Shown one piece after another: positions 57,353 to 64,000 of a stretch of DNA of 64,000 nucleotides. The translations under genes were made by a program, and so were the position numbers. The notes below the pieces were generated by a model that was not told where the DNA came from, ran no database searches, and worked only from the letters and a program-made list of their open reading frames with translations. The stretch covers positions 224,001 to 288,000 of the forward strand of contig CAVSHF010000005.1 of NCBI GenBank assembly GCA_963727805.1, given 5' to 3'. This stretch comes from an uncultured Nitrospiraceae bacterium (lineage in GTDB: Bacteria; Nitrospirota; Thermodesulfovibrionia; Thermodesulfovibrionales; Dissulfurispiraceae). How positions within the stretch are numbered: position 1 is the first letter of the stretch; every line of letters starts with the position of its first letter.

Positions 57353-58522
57353 TTAATTCTGAGCAATTCCGTTAGAATCCAACCGCATAAGCAGAAACCC
57401 GCAGACAAGTACAAATGCGCTCAATACAAAAGGCAAAAAAGTCTTAAACGGGAAAAGAAGCCCAGCAAGTAGGGGCCCGCAAATAGTCGCCACCGACAGC
57501 ACGGAAGACATAACACCCAGAACTTCTCCTCTTCTACGGTTGCCAGCCGATCCGGCTGTCCGGCTCGTCAGGACGACGCGCAAAAGCGACTGACTGAATA
57601 CGTTCAGCAAAATTCCCGCTATAAAAAAGTAGATGGATGGGATTACAAGTAAAGAGAATCCGATTGCATTGCAAAGGAATGTCCAGACTTCCAAAGTCGA
57701 CTCTTTAAAACGTCGGAGCCAGAATCCGCGTAACAAAAAAGTCTGGTTAAGAAATATGGCTATCCCCATGCCGGTATAAATTGTTCCAACCATAACGGAG
57801 TTAAACCCATAAACCTTACTCATGTAAAGTGCAAATATCGATTGCATGCCCGAAAAAGCCGTCCCAAAACAGAACCAGGCTACATATCTGCTTCTAAGTG
57901 ACCTGTCGTAAGCCGCACTCAACAAGGGACGCACCGGATTAAATATTATTTTTCTCCCTCTATCCATGTGCTTATGGGATTCCGGTAGGAAGAAAAGCGC
58001 CCCGATTACATTAACCGTAGCCATAGCACCCACAAAATAAAATGGGAGTGCATGGGAAATAGAACTGAGCGCAGCTCCGACTGCAGGCCCTGCGATAAAA
58101 GCGATGCCAAAAACCGATCCGATGATCCCCAGGTTGGTTGTGCGCTCTTTTTCATCTCCTGCAATGTCCACCAGATAACTCTGGGCTATCGGCAGGTTCC
58201 CTGCCGCCATGCCATCGATTACGCGCCCCAGGAATAATACCCAGACAGTGTGCGCGGAAGCAAAAACAAACCAACCAATGGCTGTGCTGATTATGCTTGT
58301 GATTAAAATCGGACGCCTCCCCACTTTGTCAGACAGAGTCCCCAAAAAAGGTGCGCTCACAAAAGAGAAAAAAGAGAAGACGGAAAAAAGCATTGTCAGC
58401 GTGAGGGCCGATGCGCCAAAGCTTTCCACATAAAAAGGAAGCACCGGGATTATAATTGCCAACCCAAGGACGTCTATGAACACTGTCATGACAATAATGA
58501 TTTTTTCTTTTGGTATTTTCAT
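57353..58522 (-). CDS. MFS transporter, TetA/DHA1-like
   Basis: GTLSDKVGRRP motif A, GRVIDG, GPAVG, about 12 TM helices. Confidence 0.93.
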   Translation of the reverse strand: MKIPKEKIIIVMTVFIDVLGLAIIIPVLPFYVESFGASALTLTMLFSVFSFFSFVSAPFLGTLSDKVGRRPILITSIISTAIGWFVFASAHTVWVLFLGRVIDGMAAGNLPIAQSYLVDIAGDEKERTTNLGIIGSVFGIAFIAGPAVGAALSSISHALPFYFVGAMATVNVIGALFFLPESHKHMDRGRKIIFNPVRPLLSAAYDRSLRSRYVAWFCFGTAFSGMQSIFALYMSKVYGFNSVMVGTIYTGMGIAIFLNQTFLLRGFWLRRFKESTLEVWTFLCNAIGFSLLVIPSIYFFIAGILLNVFSQSLLRVVLTSRTAGSAGNRRRGEVLGVMSSVLSVATICGPLLAGLLFPFKTFLPFVLSAFVLVCGFLLMRLDSNGIAQN

Positions 58523-58805
58523 GATGCTATTAATAATAGAGGAAATTCACAGCTTGCCGTCAACACAATCTGACCAGTTTCTAGAGGCATTATGTTCAGA
58601 AAGTACATCTTGCTTAACACGTCTGCTCGAAAATAACAGTTTCTTTTGAACTCAACATTATTAGCGCGATTTCTGGAGTATTTGGTATCAGAGACTATGA
58701 TAGATGGTTAAGTTTTTGTGATATAGCTCTTCCCGCGCTCTATTCTAAGAACTTAGCCTCTTGCCTGTCCGACAGTTGACTCACTCTATGCCGTGGCGGT
58801 AAACT

Positions 58806-59426
58806 ATGCCAATGGAAAAAAAGATACTCAAAGCCTTTGCTGATAGCGCATTAGTGAAGGATAAATTCGTCAAATCCCATCTCTCTATAATCGCCGATGT
58901 TTCGAGTATGATCGCCGAGGCCTTCAGCGAGGGGAATAAATTGTACCTGTTCGGAAACGGAGGCAGCGCTTGCGACGCCTCGCATATCACGGCTGAATTC
59001 GTCAATCGGTTTAAAAAGGACAGGCCTGGGCTACCCGCAATAGCGTTAAATACCGATATGGCGGTCTTGACATCAATTGCCAATGACTATGACTACTCGG
59101 ATATCTTCGCGCGGCAGCTCAAAACGTTCGCAGAGCCCGGTGATATCGCCATCGCCATCAGCACAAGCGGAGGCTCGAAAAATATCATTAAGGCAGTGGA
59201 AGTAGGGAAAAAGAAGGGACTAAAGACAATAGCGTTTACCGGGTTGAAGGGGACTAAGTTCGCCTCAAAGTGCGATTATGCCTTCGTGGTCCCCTCGGAA
59301 GATACGCCGAGAATACAGGAAGTCCATATAACCCTCGGCCACGTCATATGCCAGATCGTCGAGGAGATACTCTTTGAGGCCCCGAGGCAGGCGAGTTCGT
59401 CCAAGGGTGCGGCCGGAAGCCAGTAA
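58806..59426 (+). CDS. gmhA: D-sedoheptulose-7-phosphate isomerase
   Basis: GNGGSACDASH, IANDY, ISTSG, RIQEVH. Confidence 0.96.
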   Translation: MPMEKKILKAFADSALVKDKFVKSHLSIIADVSSMIAEAFSEGNKLYLFGNGGSACDASHITAEFVNRFKKDRPGLPAIALNTDMAVLTSIANDYDYSDIFARQLKTFAEPGDIAIAISTSGGSKNIIKAVEVGKKKGLKTIAFTGLKGTKFASKCDYAFVVPSEDTPRIQEVHITLGHVICQIVEEILFEAPRQASSSKGAAGSQ

Positions 59427-59995
59427 TGAAGATTCTCGGCATCGACCCGGGAAGTATCAATTGCGGGTACGGCCTCATCGGAGCTGAAGAATCAAGATCC
59501 CCGGGGAGTGCTGGCGGCCAGTCTGCGGGAAGCCGCTGCTTGAAAAGATTGGTCTATATCTCCTCGGGTCGTCTGACTATGGCAGCAACAAAACCTCTTC
59601 ACGAAAGGCTCAGAGAACTTTTCAGGTCACTCACCGATATAATCTCGGAATCATGTCCTGATGAAATCGTCATCGAAAGGATGTTTTTTGCCAAAGGGAT
59701 AAAAGCGGCCCTGAGTCTAGGGCATACTCGCGGAGTTGTCCTTCTTGCTGCCTCGCTCACCGGCACCCCAATTTTTGAATACACTCCACTCGAAGTCAAG
59801 CAAGCGGTGGTCGGCTATGGTAGGGCCGAAAAAAGCCAGGTGCAGAGCATGGTAAGTGAGATACTGAGCATCCATCATCACCTCTCTCCGGATGGTGCGG
59901 ATGCTCTTGCGATTGCTCTCTGTCACGCGAACACACAGGGAACGCTTATAGGACTGGGACGAGACAAACGACAGCTTGGGATTGTAAAGAGATGA
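59426..59995 (+). CDS. ruvC: Holliday junction resolvase
   Basis: ILGIDPG, IE, GHTRG, GYGRAEKSQV, DALAIALCH. Confidence 0.96.
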   Translation: MKILGIDPGSINCGYGLIGAEESRSPGSAGGQSAGSRCLKRLVYISSGRLTMAATKPLHERLRELFRSLTDIISESCPDEIVIERMFFAKGIKAALSLGHTRGVVLLAASLTGTPIFEYTPLEVKQAVVGYGRAEKSQVQSMVSEILSIHHHLSPDGADALAIALCHANTQGTLIGLGRDKRQLGIVKR

Positions 59996-60561
59996 TAGCA
60001 TCTCTGAGAGGACGGCTACTTTCAAAGAGGCCCGATGGCGTGATTGTCGATGTCGGCGGTGTTGGTTATAGCGTCAGTGTTCCGCTCTCGACCCTCGCAT
60101 CGTTGCCCGATGAGGCTTCCGAGGTCTTCCTTTATACACATACCCATGTACGCGAGGACATCCTTCAGCTCTTCGGCTTCCGTAGCGAAGAGGAAAAGAG
60201 AACCTTCACAACCCTGATAGGCGTCTCCGGCATCGGTCCGAAGATCGCCTTGAGTATCCTATCGACAATCCCAGCAGACACCTTTTACGGACTCGTCCAT
60301 TCTGAAGATGTTGAGGCGCTCTGTCGTGTACCGGGACTCGGCAAGAAAACTGCCCAGAGGATCATCCTCGAATTAAGAGAGAAGCTCCCCACAATGAAGG
60401 AAAAGAAGGACGCACTTTATGACGATACGCTCTCTGCCCTTGTGAATCTTGGCTATAAGAAGAACATCGCTCAGGACGCGCTGGACAAAGCATACAACAG
60501 TGGGGCCAGGGATATTGAGAGTTTACTCAAAGAGACATTAAAATATCTTACGAAGGAATGA
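59992..60561 (+). CDS. ruvA: Holliday junction DNA-binding protein
   Basis: DVGGVGY, HVRED, VSGIGPK, VPGLGKKTA, ALVNLGY. Confidence 0.97.
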   Translation: MIASLRGRLLSKRPDGVIVDVGGVGYSVSVPLSTLASLPDEASEVFLYTHTHVREDILQLFGFRSEEEKRTFTTLIGVSGIGPKIALSILSTIPADTFYGLVHSEDVEALCRVPGLGKKTAQRIILELREKLPTMKEKKDALYDDTLSALVNLGYKKNIAQDALDKAYNSGARDIESLLKETLKYLTKE

Positions 60562-60618
60562 ATTGCAAGGGCAATCACCGTGGTTGCCCCTCCTTGAAAT
60601 TTGAAACAGGTAAAATAA

Positions 60619-61641
60619 ATGAGAGTAGAAGACAGCGGATCGATACCCCTTTCTCCCGAGGTTATCCAAGAAGAGGTCAATTACGAGATCAACTTGCGAC
60701 CGAGGAGCCTTGATGATTTTGTCGGCCAGGCGAAGATCAAAGAAAACCTGAAGGTTTTCATCGACGCGGCACTTATGAGAAAGGAGCCGCTCGATCATGT
60801 CCTCTTTTTTGGCCCTCCTGGACTCGGAAAGACAACCCTTGCCACGATTATCGCCAATGAACTCGGGGTGAATATCAAGACTACTTCCGGCCCCGTTCTC
60901 GAAAGACCGGGAGATCTCGCTGCCATACTCACTAATCTTGCGGACCGCGACATCCTTTTTGTCGATGAGATACACCGGATGTCGAGGGTCGTCGAAGAGG
61001 TCCTTTATCCGGCAATGGAAGATTACAGCCTCGATATCATCATCGGCCAGGGGCCGAATGCCAGGACATTGAAGCTCAATCTGCCCCGGTTCACCCTTGT
61101 TGGCGCAACGACACGCACAGGACTGCTCACCTCTCCGCTCAGGGACCGGTTTGGGGTGATCTGCAGGCTCGAATTCTATGATGGGGGAGACCTGAAAAAG
61201 ATCGCCCATCGTTCCGCCCGTCTACTAGCCATCGAACTTCACGATGACGCAGCCGACGAGATCGCCCGTAGGTCGCGCGGCACACCGAGGATCGCCAACA
61301 GGATACTCAAAAGGATCAGGGATTTCGCTCAGGTGAAGGGTGATGGAATCATCGATATGAAGATAACACGGGAGGCGCTTGATGCGCTCGACGTGGATAC
61401 TATGGGTCTTGATGAAATAGACAGGAAGCTGCTGCTCACAATTATCGAGAAGTTCAACGGAGGCCCCGCCGGCATCGAGGCGATTGCGGCGACTCTCAGG
61501 GAAGACAGGGATACTATCGAGGATGTCTACGAACCTTACCTCCTTCAGGAGGGACTTATCGAGAGGACAGCAAGGGGCAGACTCGCTACACGGCTTGCCT
61601 ATGAGCACCTTGGGAAGAAGATACCTCAAGGGCTCTTCTAA
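60619..61641 (+). CDS. ruvB: Holliday junction branch-migration helicase
   Basis: [27 protein letters not shown]. Confidence 0.99.
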   Translation: MRVEDSGSIPLSPEVIQEEVNYEINLRPRSLDDFVGQAKIKENLKVFIDAALMRKEPLDHVLFFGPPGLGKTTLATIIANELGVNIKTTSGPVLERPGDLAAILTNLADRDILFVDEIHRMSRVVEEVLYPAMEDYSLDIIIGQGPNARTLKLNLPRFTLVGATTRTGLLTSPLRDRFGVICRLEFYDGGDLKKIAHRSARLLAIELHDDAADEIARRSRGTPRIANRILKRIRDFAQVKGDGIIDMKITREALDALDVDTMGLDEIDRKLLLTIIEKFNGGPAGIEAIAATLREDRDTIEDVYEPYLLQEGLIERTARGRLATRLAYEHLGKKIPQGLF

Positions 61642-61652
61642 GGATACTATTA

Positions 61653-62207
61653 GTGAAGATCGTAATGCATATGTGCTGTGCCAGTTGCGCCATCTATCCT
61701 GTCCAGACACTTCAGTTGCGAGGTTTCGACATAAAGGGCTTATGGTTCAACCCCAACATTCATCCCTATCTTGAATACAAAAACAGGCTCACTGCACTCA
61801 GGAAACTCCAGAGTCTGTGGGACCTCGATATCGACTATGATGACAATTATGGACTAAAAGAGTTTCTGAGAAGCGTCGTCAATAATGAAGATGCCCGGTG
61901 TGATTATTGCTACACGGTAAGGCTGGATCGGACTGCGGCCAAGGCAAAGGCATTAAAGGCCGATGCCTTCACAACCTCTTTGCTGGTAAGCCCCTACCAG
62001 AATCTTGATATGATAAGAGCGAGAGGGATCGATCTTCAAAACAAATATTCAGTCGAATTTTATTTTGAGGATTTCCGGGCAGGTTTCAAAGAAGGGCGTA
62101 GAATCGCCGGGGACCTTGACATCTACCGACAGAAATATTGCGGCTGTATCTATTCGGAAATGGAGAGGTTCAAAAAAGAGACATCAGGAGCCAGAAGAGA
62201 AAGGTAA
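61653..62207 (+). CDS. queH: Epoxyqueuosine reductase QueH
   Basis: HMCCASC, NPNIHP, CDYCY, SPYQ, YRQKYCGC; upstream of queA. Confidence 0.92.
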   Translation: MKIVMHMCCASCAIYPVQTLQLRGFDIKGLWFNPNIHPYLEYKNRLTALRKLQSLWDLDIDYDDNYGLKEFLRSVVNNEDARCDYCYTVRLDRTAAKAKALKADAFTTSLLVSPYQNLDMIRARGIDLQNKYSVEFYFEDFRAGFKEGRRIAGDLDIYRQKYCGCIYSEMERFKKETSGARRER

Positions 62208-62208
62208 T

Positions 62209-62424
62209 ATGGAACAATTCGGAAAAATATTAATAAGCATGGGTGCTATAACTATAGTTCTCGGAACGTTTTTATATGTATCCGGCAAAATCCCCTGGAT
62301 AGGTCGTTTGCCCGGAGATATCATTGTTCACAAAAAGAATTTCACTTTCTATTTCCCGATCGCCACGAGCATTCTACTGAGTCTTCTGATTACCCTTATT
62401 TTATGGTTTATTGGGAGGAAGTGA
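62209..62424 (+). CDS. DUF2905-family small membrane protein
   Basis: IGRLPGDI...FYFPIATSILLS. Confidence 0.9.
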   Translation: MEQFGKILISMGAITIVLGTFLYVSGKIPWIGRLPGDIIVHKKNFTFYFPIATSILLSLLITLILWFIGRK

Positions 62425-63453
62425 ATGGCAATAACACAGAAGTCGGAAGTCAGCACTAAGTTAATTGTCTCTGCTCTCTGTTCTCTGCTCTCTGTTCTTT
62501 GTTTATTCCCAACCTGTTGCTTGGCTGAGCCAAGTATAAGGGTTTTGCTCATGGACGATAAAGAGTTCAATGTGCCCACCAGAGATGAGCGTTTAACTCG
62601 GGTTGGCAATACCGCAGGCGACGTCCTTCTTAGCGGGATAAAATATTCCGGAGAAATCGAGGTTTGGAAGGGCGAGAAGGGTCTTTATGTTATCAACGAT
62701 ATCCCGCTCGAAGAGTATGTCAGGGGAGTTGTGGCGGCCGAAGTTGGGAAAAACTGGGACATCGAAGCCTTGAAGGCCCAAGCCGTAGTGGCTAGGACCT
62801 ACGCCGTTTATCAAAGGCTTAACTCGCCCAGTGGTATGCCTTATCACCTTACCTCTACGGTCCTCGACCAAGTCTATAAGGGATCGAACATATTGCCCAA
62901 TATCGTGATGGCAGTTGAGGGAACGAAGGGGGAAATATTGACGTATGGAGGAAAGCCGATCATCGCTTTTTATCATTCAACAAGCGGCGGTATGACCGAG
63001 GATGCCGCGGAGGTCTTTGGTAAAGACCTCCCCTATCTGAAGCCGGTCAAGACGAACTGCGAACTATCCCCCTATTACATGTGGGAAAAGATCATTCCCG
63101 TCGCAGAGATCGAAAAAGCCCTTGAGGTGCAGGGGATAAAGCAGATAAGTATTAGTTCTTACACGTCTTCTGGACGCGCAAAGGAAATAAAGATTACCCT
63201 GGAAACCGGATCCTCCGCCATGCCGGCGACTGAGCTGAGGAAAAAACTCGGGTGGGAGCGGCTCCCGAGCACATTGATTACCGGGATTTCGAGAAATAAC
63301 AGCTTGGCGGTCTTTGAAGGCCGAGGATACGGGCACGGTGTCGGTATGTGCCAGTGGAGCGCTCTGCAGATGGCGAAGGAAGGGAAAACCTATCGGCAGA
63401 TACTCTCATATTTCTACCCAGGCACCATTATCCAAATTTATGAAGACCGCTGA
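62425..63453 (+). CDS. SpoIID/LytB-domain protein
   Basis: LEEYVRGVV..E, EALKAQAVVARTY, QVY, GYGHGVGMCQW. Confidence 0.95.
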   Translation: MAITQKSEVSTKLIVSALCSLLSVLCLFPTCCLAEPSIRVLLMDDKEFNVPTRDERLTRVGNTAGDVLLSGIKYSGEIEVWKGEKGLYVINDIPLEEYVRGVVAAEVGKNWDIEALKAQAVVARTYAVYQRLNSPSGMPYHLTSTVLDQVYKGSNILPNIVMAVEGTKGEILTYGGKPIIAFYHSTSGGMTEDAAEVFGKDLPYLKPVKTNCELSPYYMWEKIIPVAEIEKALEVQGIKQISISSYTSSGRAKEIKITLETGSSAMPATELRKKLGWERLPSTLITGISRNNSLAVFEGRGYGHGVGMCQWSALQMAKEGKTYRQILSYFYPGTIIQIYEDR

Positions 63454-64000
63454 CTTCGAGTTTAGTCTGCCCTGTGAACTCATCGCATTGCGACCCGCAC
63501 CACGAAGGGACCTTTCTCGACTCCTGATTCTTCGGAGGGATGGGAGAACTGAACACAGGACGTTTACCGATATCGGGGACTATCTGACATACGGGGATCT
63601 TCTCATTCTCAATAACACGAAAGTCATACCGGTTAGGCTTATCGGATCAAAACCCTCGGGAAGCAAAATCGATATCATTCTTGTCAACGAATTTAAAGAC
63701 GGGTTCTGGGAAGTCCTCTGCAGGGGCCACTACGCAGGTCCGGTATATCTCCGAGACGGTATAGAAGCTGAACTATTATTCGAAGACTCTCGGCCTACCG
63801 GCGGCGAAAAGAAAAAATGCCTAAGGTTCCTTAATGCGGGAGCAAAGCACATCGACGAACTGCTGGAGCGTTGTGGTTCGATGCCCCTGCCCCCCTATAT
63901 TAAGCGACTGCCTGATGATGAAGACAGGGAGAGATACCAGACGGTCTATGCAGAAAAGACCGGTTCAATTGCCGCCCCGACAGCGGGTCTTCACTTCACC
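63440..64000 (+). CDS. queA: SAM:tRNA ribosyltransferase-isomerase (3' end outside window)
   Basis: Not in the ORF track; MKTADFEFSLP.ELIA, NNTKVIP, MPLPPYIKR, YQTVYA, AAPTAGLHFT. Confidence 0.96.
   Translation, partial: MKTADFEFSLPCELIALRPAPRRDLSRLLILRRDGRTEHRTFTDIGDYLTYGDLLILNNTKVIPVRLIGSKPSGSKIDIILVNEFKDGFWEVLCRGHYAGPVYLRDGIEAELLFEDSRPTGGEKKKCLRFLNAGAKHIDELLERCGSMPLPPYIKRLPDDEDRERYQTVYAEKTGSIAAPTAGLHFT

Noticed and set aside
60538..61209. Long antisense ORFs (here, and over feoB, ftsH and the ABC genes)
   Set aside because: They fully overlap well-supported genes on the other strand and show no motifs

Overview
Gene-dense bacterial chromosome segment. Gene content and order (system II cytochrome c maturation, amidase-GerMN-murI-rph-ftsH-folP, DsrC-like protein, 2-oxoacid:ferredoxin oxidoreductase, HcpR-like regulator) suggest an anaerobic diderm, probably Nitrospirota or Desulfobacterota-like; this is inference only. 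Housekeeping blocks lie at both ends (tsaD to amidase; gmhA-ruvCAB-queH-spoIID-queA). They flank a long accessory, redox and envelope region. That region holds an intact IS1182-family element (19-bp IRs, 6-bp target duplication) inserted into a small IS200/IS605-like palindrome inside a decayed msrA, a decayed tlpA-like gene, an IS110 remnant and tRNA-Leu(TAG). Top candidates for new biology: (1) an Rrf2-led cluster encoding an exported beta-propeller with His or Cys at the same position of six blades plus a CxxCH heme motif, followed by an FtsX-type ABC system with a Cys-Cys motif; (2) a Braun-lipoprotein-like tether module (attaching L,D-transpeptidase, Lys-terminated Lpp/OprI-like lipoprotein, DpaA-like enzyme) with tandemly expanded coiled coils; (3) a pseudokinase paired with a degenerate-receiver diguanylate cyclase; (4) a monoheme TsdA/SoxA-like cytochrome. 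feoB and the OFOR alpha gene appear to start at CTG. No CRISPR array or rRNA was seen. All family calls come from motif recognition by eye; no database searches were run.
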